A stretch of DNA of 64,000 nt from Candidatus Nanohaloarchaea archaeon (lineage in GTDB: Archaea > Nanohalarchaeota > Nanosalinia > Nanosalinales > Nanosalinaceae): NCBI GenBank assembly GCA_041640035.1, contig JBEQBC010000002.1, positions 64,001-128,000 on the forward strand, written 5' to 3'. This document shows positions 29,161 through 39,121 of this stretch, piece by piece; the first letter of the stretch is position 1; each line of letters begins with the position of its first letter. The notes under the pieces were generated by a model, which saw nothing but the letters and a program-made list of their open reading frames with translations, had not been told where the DNA came from and did not search any database. Made by a program: the position numbers and the translations under genes.

Positions 29161-29206
29161 AAAACACCTTCTTTTTCCCTTCTACTTTCTAACTTTAGTT
29201 TTTTCC

Positions 29207-29338
29207 TTAGAATTTCCGCTCACCACCTTCACATACATCACAGCCATAATCTCTGTGGTGTTCCTGACAGATCATCGAACCGCACACCCCGCACTTGGTG
29301 ACAGCTTCCTGTTCCTGACAGTAGTCGCATAGAGCCAT
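29207..29338 (-). CDS. 43-aa Cys/His zinc-finger micro-protein
   Basis: Hand translation MALCDYCQEQEAVTKCGVCGSMICQEHHRDYGCDVCEGGERKF; below the ORF-track cutoff. Confidence 0.8.
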   Translation of the reverse strand: MALCDYCQEQEAVTKCGVCGSMICQEHHRDYGCDVCEGGERKF

Positions 29339-29377
29339 GGGTACTGTTTAAATCTTGAGACAGTTATTTCTTATTAC

Positions 29378-30400
29378 ATGGGCGTAGACCTGGGCGATCT
29401 AGTTGAAAGAGAAGAGATCGATTTTGCAGATCTCAACGATAAAGAGATCGCTGTAGACGCCATGAACACGCTCTACCAGTTTCTGTCGATTATCCGGCAG
29501 AGAGACGGAACACCTTTGAAGGACTCCTCAGGAAATGTTACTTCACACCTTTCAGGGTTGTTCTACCGGAACATCAACCTTTTGGAGAACAATATCAGAC
29601 CTGTGTATGTTTTTGACGGCAAAGCTCCCGAACTGAAGGAGAAAGAAACTACAAAGAGAAGAAAGAAACGAGAAGAAGCCAAGAAAGAGTGGAAAAAACT
29701 GAAAGAGGAAGGTAAGATATCTGAAGCATACTCAAAAGCCACTCAATCATCAAAAGTCACCGGAGACATGATCGAGGAATCAAAGGAACTTCTTGAAGCT
29801 ATGGGCCTCGCCTATGTACAGGCCCCGAGCGAAGGAGAAGCTCAGGCAGCTCAAATGGTTAAAAACGGAGAGGTTTATGCTGTTGGAAGCCAGGACTGGG
29901 ACTGCCTGCTCTTCGGAGCCGATAGAATGGTTAAAAACCTGACAACCCGTAAAAAGAGGAAGACCTCTTCCGGCGGCCAGAAAGAGATATCAACCGAGTT
30001 AATCACACTTGAAGATGTACTAGAGCAACTGGAGATCACACATGAAGAACTCATATGGATGGGCGTCCTGATGGGAACCGACTTCAACCCCGACGGAATT
30101 CACGGAATCGGCCCAAAAACAGCTTTGAAAATTGTAAAGCGGAATGATAGCTGGGAAGAGATTACTGAAGAGGATAAGTTTGAATGGGAGTCTGATAACA
30201 GTCCTGAAGCTATCATCGAGTTCCTGAAGAATCCACCTGTAGTCGATACAGAGTATAGTTTCAAAGATCCAGATACTGAAAAGATAAGAGAGATACTAGT
30301 CGATAAACACGAGTTCTCCGAGGACCGTGTAAACTCAGGTATAGAAAAACTTGAGAAAAGTTTGCAGAGCCGGCAATCCGGTTTAGACAGTTTCGTCTAG
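29378..30400 (+). CDS. fen: Flap endonuclease 1
   Basis: MGV, DAMN.LYQFL, VFDG, APSEGEAQA, GTDFNPDGI.GIGPK and PIP box QSGLDSF. Confidence 0.97.
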   Translation: MGVDLGDLVEREEIDFADLNDKEIAVDAMNTLYQFLSIIRQRDGTPLKDSSGNVTSHLSGLFYRNINLLENNIRPVYVFDGKAPELKEKETTKRRKKREEAKKEWKKLKEEGKISEAYSKATQSSKVTGDMIEESKELLEAMGLAYVQAPSEGEAQAAQMVKNGEVYAVGSQDWDCLLFGADRMVKNLTTRKKRKTSSGGQKEISTELITLEDVLEQLEITHEELIWMGVLMGTDFNPDGIHGIGPKTALKIVKRNDSWEEITEEDKFEWESDNSPEAIIEFLKNPPVVDTEYSFKDPDTEKIREILVDKHEFSEDRVNSGIEKLEKSLQSRQSGLDSFV

Positions 30401-31894
30401 CTGGCTTCCACGGGTCTCACGAAGCTCTTTCAGGATAAGCTGCATCATCTCGCTGTGCTCCTGGTATCCTTCACGCAGTTCATCAATCTGATCCTGCTGA
30501 TCCTCTAACTCATCAAGAAGAGCCTTTACATCGTTTTCATCTACTCCAGAGCTTTCTTCTTCATTATCTATCGCGTCAGCCAGGTTCTCATTCAGTACTT
30601 CAAGTTCCTGAGACATCTTGTTGACGAACTCTGCTACTTCTTCCTGCTCTCTTTCTACTTCATCGTCTTCTTTCTTTAGTTCTTTGTATTCTTCCTGTGT
30701 CAGCAGTTTGAGCTGCGCCAGGTCATCGAAGTCGTTGAACAGCCATTTGAAGTCAGATACCATGTCTTTCAAGGCCTGTACCTCTTTCTCCAGTTTGGAG
30801 ACATCCCGCTCTTCATCCTGTTCCTGCAGTTTCTCTACATTGTTCTGCAGGTTCTCGACATCGATAAGTAGATCATCGAATTTCCGTTTTTCAACTTCTT
30901 CTAAGCGTTCCTCAAGTTCTTCCTGCTGGTCTTCAAGAGATTGAACTTCCTCGCTGAGACTTTCTATACTATCAATTTTGTCTTCAAGCTGGTCAAGTCT
31001 TTCAGAATCTACATCAGACTCGATACTGTCAAGATCCTGATCGATATCCTCCCTGAGGTTTTCGATATCAGAGTTGAACTCTTCTTTCAGTTCCTCGATC
31101 TGTTCCTGAAGATCCTCAACATGATCATTAAGCTCCTGCTGATCAACTGTTTCTTGCTGTTCGACATCTTCTATTTTCTCTTCCAGCTCGTCTCTCTGCT
31201 CATCAGTTTTTTCTTTGAGGTCCTTCAGAAGGCTTGTTTTCTCGGCTAGTGTATCTTTGACTTTTTCAAGTTCGTTCTCCAGGTTCTTGAGCTTTTCCTG
31301 CTCCTCTACATCGTTTAGACGGCTTCTGATATCTTCGAACCGGTCCGTGAAGTCTTCCTCGATTCTGTCCAATTCCTGTTCAAGACCTTGATCCTCGGCA
31401 TCCATATTTTCGATCTCTTCTTCAAGCTCTTCGATTCTGTTGAGATCTTCTTTCAGAGTCTCTACTTCGTCTTCAAGTTCGTCTACGGATTCAGGTTCTT
31501 GATCAATCTCTTCCTTGATATCATCTATATCGTAGGATACCTCCTGTTCCGAGAATTTCTGTATCTCGTTTTCCAGGCTTTCGATCTTGGATTCAAGTTC
31601 TTCTATACGCTGATCTTTTTCTTCAGTCATTTCTTTGTCTTCTGTCTCTGTTTCTGGTTCTTCTGAACTGTCTTCAGATTCTTCTACTTCTTCTGTTTCT
31701 TCAGTATCGTTTTGCTGTGTTTCCTCCTTGGCTGCCGTTTCTTCGTCTTCTTGTTCGTCGTCTCCGGAGAAAAGTGTCTGGTTTTCGGGTTCATTACTTT
31801 GTTCTTCCTGTTCCTGTTCTTCTTGCTGTTGTCCAGTGTTTTGTTCTTCGTCTTCTTCGTCCTCGTCGCTTCCGAATATTACATTTTCAGCCAT
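30383..31894 (-). CDS. Very acidic long coiled-coil protein
   Basis: Heptad-rich E/D/L/K over about 400 aa with a disordered acidic N-terminus; no ATPase motifs. Confidence 0.75.
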   Translation of the reverse strand: MAENVIFGSDEDEEDEEQNTGQQQEEQEQEEQSNEPENQTLFSGDDEQEDEETAAKEETQQNDTEETEEVEESEDSSEEPETETEDKEMTEEKDQRIEELESKIESLENEIQKFSEQEVSYDIDDIKEEIDQEPESVDELEDEVETLKEDLNRIEELEEEIENMDAEDQGLEQELDRIEEDFTDRFEDIRSRLNDVEEQEKLKNLENELEKVKDTLAEKTSLLKDLKEKTDEQRDELEEKIEDVEQQETVDQQELNDHVEDLQEQIEELKEEFNSDIENLREDIDQDLDSIESDVDSERLDQLEDKIDSIESLSEEVQSLEDQQEELEERLEEVEKRKFDDLLIDVENLQNNVEKLQEQDEERDVSKLEKEVQALKDMVSDFKWLFNDFDDLAQLKLLTQEEYKELKKEDDEVEREQEEVAEFVNKMSQELEVLNENLADAIDNEEESSGVDENDVKALLDELEDQQDQIDELREGYQEHSEMMQLILKELRETRGSQLDETV

Positions 31895-31972
31895 TTTTGG
31901 AGGTTCTCCTCGTGTTAAAGAATTACCGGTTAAGAGTTAAAAGTGTTTATTTACTTGACCGCAACAACACGC

Positions 31973-32410
31973 TTAGCGTTGACTTAACTGTGTTTTCAAG
32001 CCCTCTGATAGAGTTGACATGTCAGAAGTAAGTTCGGCGACATTCTCTTCCAGGTTCTCAAGTCTTTCATCTATATCCGGAGCTGTGTTCTCATTCACCT
32101 TATCAGCTACCGACTCAACATCGTTCTCAAGTTCTTCCAGACGCTGCTCGAAGTCCTCTACAGTATCTCTACGATCAATCTCATCTTCCAGTTCTTCCAG
32201 TCTGTTGCTCATCGCTTCCTGGTGCAGAGTCTCGTTGTGGTAGTTGATCTCCAGTTCCTCGATTCTTTGCTCCATCTCGGCAATCTTCTCCTGAAGCCTC
32301 GATTCCTTATCTACTATCATTTCCTCCAGGTTCTCCAAGGTCTGCTTCTCCTTAGAGTCGTGCTCGTCGATGTGCTGTTTCACTTCCTGGATGTTGTCGG
32401 AGATAGCCAT
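31973..32410 (-). CDS. Acidic coiled-coil protein
   Basis: Repeated RLEELE-type heptads. Confidence 0.7.
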   Translation of the reverse strand: MAISDNIQEVKQHIDEHDSKEKQTLENLEEMIVDKESRLQEKIAEMEQRIEELEINYHNETLHQEAMSNRLEELEDEIDRRDTVEDFEQRLEELENDVESVADKVNENTAPDIDERLENLEENVAELTSDMSTLSEGLKTQLSQR

Positions 32411-32471
32411 CTTCTAATTTAGTACTGGTTAGGCGTTGTTAATAAATCCTCCAGAAACAAAAATACTTTGT

Positions 32472-33905
32472 ATGGAAAAGACTCTCTTGGTAGTCATAGA
32501 CGGATTCGGAGTAAGAGAAGAAACACAGGGAAACGCAGCCAAGCAAGCAGACACACCAAACCTCGACAGATTGAAGGAACAATACAACTACACCGAGCTA
32601 GAGGCCTCCGGACCTGCCGTAGGACTGCCCGAAGGATACACAGGCAACTCAGAGGTCGGCCACCTACACCTAGGTGCCGGACGAACAATACCACAGAGAC
32701 TCACCCGGATCAACCAAGCAATCGAAAACAACGAACTGAGGGAAAAAGAAGCACTGAAAAACGCCTTCCAGAGAGCCGAAGAAAAAGAAGTACCAATCCA
32801 CCTAGCAGGAATTATCAGCGACGGAGGAATACACGGACACATCAATCACCTCAAAGCACTGCTTCAAATATCTACTAATTATGATGTAGAGGTTAAGATC
32901 CACTGCTTCACAGACGGACGAGATGTCGCACCAAAAAGCGCAGAGAATTTCCTAGACCAGATAGAAGACTGGACAGAACAGTATGGTGGGCAGATATCTA
33001 CCGTCATGGGTCGTTACTACAGTATGGACCGTGATCACAACTGGGAGCGAACGCATAAAGCATACCAGGCTATGGCGCAGGCAGAAGGATTCGAGTTCAC
33101 CGACCCGCGTGAAGCGCTCGATGAGACTTATGATGAGGGTGACTACGATTACTTTGTTATCCCTTCAGTGAACGAAAACTACTCAGGTATGAAGGATGAC
33201 CACGAGGTGGTTTTCTACAACTTTAGAGCTGATCGTGAAAGACAGATTGAGGAGGAACTAGTTTCAGATGTTGACCCTGATGAGTTTGACGAACCGGTTC
33301 ATCCAAAATTTACTTCGATGTTCCGTTACGAGCATGAAATCGAGAACCCTGCGATCTTCGAGAAAAAGATAGTTGAAAACACCTTGGGAGAGAAGCTTGA
33401 AGAGAAAGGTTATTCGCAGCTGCGTGTAGCGGAGAGCCAGAAACGACCTCACGTAACATTCTTCTTCAACGGTCAGAGAGAGCTCAAGTTCGAACACGAG
33501 GAACGCCACTTCGTTGAATCCGACAAGATTAAGGCCTATGATCAGAAACCGGAGATGCACGCAGATGATATTACCGATGTAGTTCTGGAAGCTATGGAGG
33601 AAGGTGAGAAAGACTTCATACTACTGAACTTTGCGAACTGCGACCTAGTCGGTCATACAGGCGATATGGAGGCTGCAGTAACAGCAGCCGAAACAGTTGA
33701 CAGAAATATCGGAAGATTAGTAGATAAATTAGAGGAAACTGAGTACAGATTCATCATAACCTCTGATCACGGGAACTGCGAGGATATGGGGACTAAAGAC
33801 AGTCCTAACACTTCTCATACAACGAATCCTATTCCCTTGTTCTCCGATATAGATATAGAGAGTGATTTGGAAGGTATTACTGATGTGAGGAATTTGATTA
33901 CATGA
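32472..33905 (+). CDS. gpmI: 2,3-bisphosphoglycerate-independent phosphoglycerate mutase
   Basis: IDGFG, GNSEVGH, FTDGRD, GRYYSMDRD, NFRADR, DLVGHTG and SDHGN. Confidence 0.96.
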   Translation: MEKTLLVVIDGFGVREETQGNAAKQADTPNLDRLKEQYNYTELEASGPAVGLPEGYTGNSEVGHLHLGAGRTIPQRLTRINQAIENNELREKEALKNAFQRAEEKEVPIHLAGIISDGGIHGHINHLKALLQISTNYDVEVKIHCFTDGRDVAPKSAENFLDQIEDWTEQYGGQISTVMGRYYSMDRDHNWERTHKAYQAMAQAEGFEFTDPREALDETYDEGDYDYFVIPSVNENYSGMKDDHEVVFYNFRADRERQIEEELVSDVDPDEFDEPVHPKFTSMFRYEHEIENPAIFEKKIVENTLGEKLEEKGYSQLRVAESQKRPHVTFFFNGQRELKFEHEERHFVESDKIKAYDQKPEMHADDITDVVLEAMEEGEKDFILLNFANCDLVGHTGDMEAAVTAAETVDRNIGRLVDKLEETEYRFIITSDHGNCEDMGTKDSPNTSHTTNPIPLFSDIDIESDLEGITDVRNLIT

Positions 33906-35160
33906 TTCTAGGGATATCTTCGGGCCAGCATCTTGTTAGGATTGGATTATCTTGTACATAGTCCGTGGTAGGTGTCATTTCCTCAATCTGCCAGTCAACA
34001 GGAGAGTTTACCGTTGCAGCATCTTCATCAGTGAACTCTTCTCTCACCTGTAGGAATAATTTCGTTATTTCCCAGTCGTCTTCCTGAGGTGTGGAGCACG
34101 TAGGCAAGTTTGCCTGCTGCTGCAGGTCAATAGTAGCATTTAGAGGGCATATATCTCCGCAGTTCTCCCCTACCGTCACATTATCTAAGACCATTTCCTC
34201 CATAGCTCCCAGATTATCTTCAGAGCCGTTAGGATATACCATCAGCAGACTCACATTTTCCACATTTCTCCGATCATTGGAGAGATCCACTGTAATGTTA
34301 ATCTCTTCCTCTTGTCCGATCATGAAGTTATTCTGATCTACCTCCATTTCTCTAAGGAACATCTGTCCATTGCTGAAGGACGGTAAAGCATTACCTGTCC
34401 AGCAATCGTTGAACCGGGTATCTCTCAGATTCAAAGATTGATTCATTACCGTGACCCAAGCCTGCTTGTTCTGGAAATTGTCTCCGTTTCTATCCTCAAA
34501 TACCTGGATGAAAACTCTTTGACTGAACTGAGATTGATCTCCATTTAGGTGATCTTGACAAGGTGTCAGGTCTTCAGACATGTTTCCTGGTTCCGAGTAT
34601 GTGAAGTTGTTGCTTACTTCACAGGTTTCTTGATCATGGCAGACATTCCCTACATCTCCACCCCAGTGAATCGTACTATCTGTGCTGTCTGCGCTTTTCG
34701 GATAGGCAACCTGAAAACCTACGGTATAGTAGTAATCAGAATTATACTCGAATGTCCCGTCATTCCACTCGCTTCCGCCATATTCATCAAGATATTCTTG
34801 TCCATCCAGCTCCTCAAGATTTATTTCATAATTGTAGTTTTCCTCAGAATCGTATACTACATATGAAGGCCATGCACCTATCGCTATACCATCCATTTTG
34901 GTAACGCCGTTATCTGCATCTTCTATCTCGAAATTCTGGATATTACCATATATCTCGCCGCAGCCCATCTCTTCGTATTCTTCTTCCTGACCTGTTTGAC
35001 CTAATCTAGTACATTCTGACTGGTTCTGAACACCTGAGGAGTATCCTGATAGAAAGTTGGTTTGTCCAAATACAAATGTAGCAGCAAAGGCTGCTGAAAT
35101 AAATGTGACGAGCAGAACCACCATAGAAGAGGTTACTTTATTCAATTGTATCACCCGCAA
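33898..35160 (-). CDS. Large pilin-like/adhesin protein with N-terminal hydrophobic helix
   Basis: Last gene of the pilin-like operon; single N-terminal TM and a Cys-containing extracellular domain. Confidence 0.6.
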   Translation of the reverse strand: MRVIQLNKVTSSMVVLLVTFISAAFAATFVFGQTNFLSGYSSGVQNQSECTRLGQTGQEEEYEEMGCGEIYGNIQNFEIEDADNGVTKMDGIAIGAWPSYVVYDSEENYNYEINLEELDGQEYLDEYGGSEWNDGTFEYNSDYYYTVGFQVAYPKSADSTDSTIHWGGDVGNVCHDQETCEVSNNFTYSEPGNMSEDLTPCQDHLNGDQSQFSQRVFIQVFEDRNGDNFQNKQAWVTVMNQSLNLRDTRFNDCWTGNALPSFSNGQMFLREMEVDQNNFMIGQEEEINITVDLSNDRRNVENVSLLMVYPNGSEDNLGAMEEMVLDNVTVGENCGDICPLNATIDLQQQANLPTCSTPQEDDWEITKLFLQVREEFTDEDAATVNSPVDWQIEEMTPTTDYVQDNPILTRCWPEDIPRIM

Positions 35161-35411
35161 GATATGTCGACATTGTCACAGTCCTGAAGGTTATCCCAGA
35201 GGTCTGTATCTCTTCCTTCAGTTATCATCTCGCCATCTTCACAGAACTTTCTCTCGTAATTAGATTCCCATAAAGAACACTGAGCATTGGAAGTGGTGTC
35301 GTTAGAAAAATTCGTAAACCCCTCTGTTTGACCGGTCATAAAACCTATCACCACTACCGCACCGATCATCAAGACCATGAGAACTACCACTATCTCCATG
35401 GTCTTGTCCAT
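35151..35411 (-). CDS. Pilin-like protein (no leader)
   Basis: MDKTMEIVVVLMVLMIGAVVVIGF, then C...C. Confidence 0.7.
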   Translation of the reverse strand: MDKTMEIVVVLMVLMIGAVVVIGFMTGQTEGFTNFSNDTTSNAQCSLWESNYERKFCEDGEMITEGRDTDLWDNLQDCDNVDISCG

Positions 35412-35417
35412 GACTCT

Positions 35418-35663
35418 TTACACCGACACTCGATTTATTTGAGAGTTTACTTCCTCAGTTATCTCATACATTTCATATCCCTCTTCCTGATAAGAGGTTG
35501 GGATGTCATTAAGTTCATCAGATAAGTTTCCTTCAACATCCCCTCTCTGTTCATCTATTGAGTCTCCAAATCCTCCTATCTGAGTGTTAGCCATGGCTAT
35601 GACTATTACAGCAGCCACCATCAGTACCATCGCGACTAACACTAACTCCATGGTTTTATCCAT
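35418..35663 (-). CDS. Pilin-like protein (no leader); paralog of 35151..35411
   Basis: MDKTMELVLVAMVLMVAAVIVIAM. Confidence 0.7.
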   Translation of the reverse strand: MDKTMELVLVAMVLMVAAVIVIAMANTQIGGFGDSIDEQRGDVEGNLSDELNDIPTSYQEEGYEMYEITEEVNSQINRVSV

Positions 35664-36020
35664 CTAGCTATCATCTTCTCCTGTACCTTCTAAACCGGAT
35701 GAATCAGACTGTGCGCTCGCAGATGCACATGTAATTGTAGAACTTCCTCCACCCGAGTCTACTGCATTATAACTATTGATTGTCGTACCAGCTACTCCTT
35801 GACACTGTGTAGGTTTACTTATAGATCCTCCAGGGTTCAAAGAGCATTTGGTCTCAACCTGTGCTTTGCATCCCTGTGAACTGGTGCTGTCGAAGAGATC
35901 TGTTAGGCTTCCTTGTGCCATGAATACGATTATCAGTGCTGTCATCATCAGTACGGATGCGGCTACGATTAGGGTTAGTATTTGTGACATTCCTTTGTGA
36001 GAGGAAAGTTTATCCATCAT
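35664..36020 (-). CDS. Type IV pilin with class III signal peptide (candidate major pilin)
   Basis: HKG|MSQILTLIVAASVLMMTALIIVFM followed by Cys pairs. Confidence 0.8.
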   Translation of the reverse strand: MMDKLSSHKGMSQILTLIVAASVLMMTALIIVFMAQGSLTDLFDSTSSQGCKAQVETKCSLNPGGSISKPTQCQGVAGTTINSYNAVDSGGGSSTITCASASAQSDSSGLEGTGEDDS

Positions 36021-36113
36021 ATAGGTTGGTTATGAAGGGTTGAATAAAAATGCTTCCCAGTTAACCCTGTTTTTCTAGAAAAATAAGAGAGAAAAATATG
36101 TGGTTGACAGGCT

Positions 36114-36407
36114 TTATGCCTGGGATAGGTTCAGTTGGATACTTGAGACATTGAGTTCTTCTCCTTCATCGGTCTCAATCTGGTCGGTTCCTGTCTCGAT
36201 GTCATCTACTTGTACATCTTCGAGGAAACGGTTCTTCACAATTTCTACTACATCTACTGCTCGGCTGATTGCTTTTCCACGAGCCTTTACATGAACCGTT
36301 TCATGTCCTTCTGTGAACTGGGTTACTACTGCCAGTACATAGCTGTAAGCTGGCTTGGAACCGACATATACTGTGTTGTCGTCTTCTTCTACTTGGTCGT
36401 CTGCCAC
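36114..36407 (-). CDS. albA: Chromatin/RNA-binding protein Alba
   Basis: [27 protein letters not shown] and VSSIQL. Confidence 0.96.
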   Translation of the reverse strand: MADDQVEEDDNTVYVGSKPAYSYVLAVVTQFTEGHETVHVKARGKAISRAVDVVEIVKNRFLEDVQVDDIETGTDQIETDEGEELNVSSIQLNLSQA

Positions 36408-36455
36408 TACTAAATCACCTATACAGCTATAGAATCTAAAAGGATAAAAAACCTG

Positions 36456-37718
36456 CTAGTATGGCCATCCTGCATTAATAGTATGGTTGTATTGGAAATT
36501 GAACGGAATGTTGGTCTCTCCATCATGTGTTATTACAGGCTCTTCATTGTCAGTCATGTCTATTTCAGCTTCGTATTTCGCCAAGCTGACATTGTAATCA
36601 TAATCTATCTGAACTAAGACATCGGGATCGCTTTCATGATCATGAGTGTGACTTACACATGTATCTCCTGGGGGAACATACCCTGTGCAGTCCCAAGATG
36701 GATCTTGGTAGGTATCACCGAATGAATCACTGTCCGAGTGATCGTGGTCACCGGTACAATCCTCGTTATCACAGGTGGTATTTAGATGAGAGTGAGTCAA
36801 ATCACATTCCACCTCAGTCGCATTGTTAGGGTTATCCTCTCTAGGCCACCAAGATGAGGATTCGTCGCTTTCTACATCTATATAGTCGGATTTATCAGTT
36901 CTATCTACAGCGCCTTCAACAACTCCCTGTATGTTATCAACTGCGTTCTGTCTGGCATCCTTGTGAACAGATTCTCTCTTAGACTCTCTTTGGTCGCTTG
37001 TAGGGTCACAGTTTGAAGTTGTTCCTGAATCAGTTCCCCAGGTCTGTGTTTGAGTCATTTCTTCTCTTATGGCCATTGTCAGGTTTCTTGCATATCTTGA
37101 AAGCTCAATATAGTTGTGCGGTATTTCTTGGTCATCGTCTACATCTGGTCCTCGGATGCTATTCATTTCTACTTCTTGGAAGGCTTTTGTCTCCCATCTG
37201 CTTCCTCCGCAGGCAACTATCTTTTCATCTACACTATATTCGAAGACCCAGTCTCCTCCAAAGGTCGATTCTTCTATATCGTAGTAATCAACATTTGGTG
37301 TTTTACTACAGCCTAAATAGTAATCATTAGATCTTAACCCATATTGAGAATGTGCAACTATAGTTTCATTGAACCTGTGCATCAAATAATCCCTGCTGGG
37401 CATGTGAGTTTTGTTCCAGTCCGCATATGAACCGTTTTCGCCTAAGACTAAAGCAGCATTATTTATGGCAAACTCTGCTTGATTATGCATGTAACCCGGG
37501 AACTCTTGAGAGCGCATCTGGGTTTCAGCTACCACCCCCATATCACCCTCGAAATAACTGAACACGAAGTTCATCTGCGTTCTTGCAAAGAGTGTTGTGA
37601 ATAGAGATCCGCCCGAGATAAAAAGCAGCGTTACAACCACGAGTATACTTAGGAACTGGCCTTTGCTGACTTCTGATCTTTCGTAGAGGTTTTTCAACTT
37701 ATTAATGATAATCACCAT
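36456..37718 (-). CDS. Large minor pilin/adhesin with class III signal and His/Cys-rich C-terminus
   Basis: SKG|QFLSILVVVTLLF; start moved to MVIII. Confidence 0.7.
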   Translation of the reverse strand: MVIIINKLKNLYERSEVSKGQFLSILVVVTLLFISGGSLFTTLFARTQMNFVFSYFEGDMGVVAETQMRSQEFPGYMHNQAEFAINNAALVLGENGSYADWNKTHMPSRDYLMHRFNETIVAHSQYGLRSNDYYLGCSKTPNVDYYDIEESTFGGDWVFEYSVDEKIVACGGSRWETKAFQEVEMNSIRGPDVDDDQEIPHNYIELSRYARNLTMAIREEMTQTQTWGTDSGTTSNCDPTSDQRESKRESVHKDARQNAVDNIQGVVEGAVDRTDKSDYIDVESDESSSWWPREDNPNNATEVECDLTHSHLNTTCDNEDCTGDHDHSDSDSFGDTYQDPSWDCTGYVPPGDTCVSHTHDHESDPDVLVQIDYDYNVSLAKYEAEIDMTDNEEPVITHDGETNIPFNFQYNHTINAGWPY

Positions 37719-38262
37719 AACCTGGATGCCGGTTTGTAGAGGGTGTCGTCGATCCAGAAGGCTCATACGCCTGTGCTACAGATCCATCGATATTAAGAGT
37801 GACATAGACTGTATCGCCCTCAGGGGAAGCTATATTTGCTCTTGCGTGATCGCTTCCCATCCATACCTGCGAACTGCTTACATTATAATCATCGTGATCT
37901 GGATAGTTGATGTGGAAATCATACTCGAAGTTGTCTCCTCCAATAGGCATATATCTACGGACCACTGTACGGATTTCATCTTCCTTATCACTTCTTGAAT
38001 CAGCGTAAGGAAGTTCTCGTATTTCTGATCGAGTTAAATTTGATTCAAGGATTTGATTTAGCATTATTTGGGCTTGGAAACCCTTCTGATTCTTATTGAG
38101 TTCTGCATTTAGACCTGCGTCAAGTTGTGAGTCTTGAAGCCAGTAACCAGCTAGCAACATCATTAAAATCATAGGCACCATTCCTACCGCCAAAGCTGCT
38201 ATTCCTATCTGGCCTTGTAGTCTTTCAGACATCTTTCTTGTGATTATATTTTCTTTAATCAT
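37702..38262 (-). CDS. Pilin-like protein
   Basis: RLQG|QIGIAALAVGMVPMILMMLL. Confidence 0.65.
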   Translation of the reverse strand: MIKENIITRKMSERLQGQIGIAALAVGMVPMILMMLLAGYWLQDSQLDAGLNAELNKNQKGFQAQIMLNQILESNLTRSEIRELPYADSRSDKEDEIRTVVRRYMPIGGDNFEYDFHINYPDHDDYNVSSSQVWMGSDHARANIASPEGDTVYVTLNIDGSVAQAYEPSGSTTPSTNRHPGYGDYH

Positions 38263-38696
38263 TTTTCCACCCCTATATACAGAGGATGATCATCATTAGA
38301 TATTCTTAAAGGCGCTGAACGGACATAACCGGACGGATTTACGCATTCTGATTTCATGGACATATCTACTTGTTCTAAAGAATTCCAAAAACCAATTTCA
38401 AGCGGTCCAGAAGGTTTAAAGTGGCCCTCCCCATCTACCGTACACTCGCTTCCTGTATCTCTCAATGCATTGTCTAAATCTTGACCATCTGAAAAGTGGC
38501 CAAAGCTATCTGCATTGTCGTGAGAAAATACATGCATTAAGCCGGCAGTTTCCCATGTTGCCTCTGTGTAGGTTGTGCTTACTCCGCCAGCAGCTTCTCT
38601 GACCATTGCTGTTTGCATCTGCACCACTGCATTTATTATGAAAAGAAGGAATACCGTTCCAGCGATTAAGGCAAAGACATTACGATCCATCAGCAC
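38259..38696 (-). CDS. Pilin-like protein
   Basis: N-terminal hydrophobic helix; coupled within the operon. Confidence 0.6.
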   Translation of the reverse strand: MLMDRNVFALIAGTVFLLFIINAVVQMQTAMVREAAGGVSTTYTEATWETAGLMHVFSHDNADSFGHFSDGQDLDNALRDTGSECTVDGEGHFKPSGPLEIGFWNSLEQVDMSMKSECVNPSGYVRSAPLRISNDDHPLYIGVEK

Positions 38697-39121
38697 TTAG
38701 ACCTGTATATGTGTACTACGGGATCTCCTGAGGTTTTATTTAGGCAGTAAAATCTTGAGGGTGATTCGGACTCTTCATTTCGTAGATTGAAGGATCCTGG
38801 CGAGTCTGGAGGATCGAAGGGGGATATCTCTCTTTCTCCATTGAAGGTGAACGATATGTAATACTGTTTGTTCTCTTTGAATAGTGCATAGCCTCTACCA
38901 TAGTCTAGTTGTAGCTTTATATCATCCATAGCCGATACACCATAGACAGTTCTTTCCATCCTCTCTGAAGCCATTCCAACCGATTCACTTCTTATTACTC
39001 CTCCAACATCCACAAGCATTGAATTTGCTATCGTTGCTATCAATCCTACCAGCATAAATGTAACTATTGCAACTGCCATTGTTTCAAAAGTTCCTTTCCT
39101 GGAGTTGGAGGATATTCTCAT
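38690..39121 (-). CDS. Pilin with class III signal peptide
   Basis: SRKG|TFETMAVAIVTFMLVGLIA. Confidence 0.75.
   Translation of the reverse strand: MRISSNSRKGTFETMAVAIVTFMLVGLIATIANSMLVDVGGVIRSESVGMASERMERTVYGVSAMDDIKLQLDYGRGYALFKENKQYYISFTFNGEREISPFDPPDSPGSFNLRNEESESPSRFYCLNKTSGDPVVHIYRSKC

Noticed and set aside
30383-31894. SMC/Rad50 call
   Set aside because: No Walker A/B, signature motif, hinge or Zn hook.
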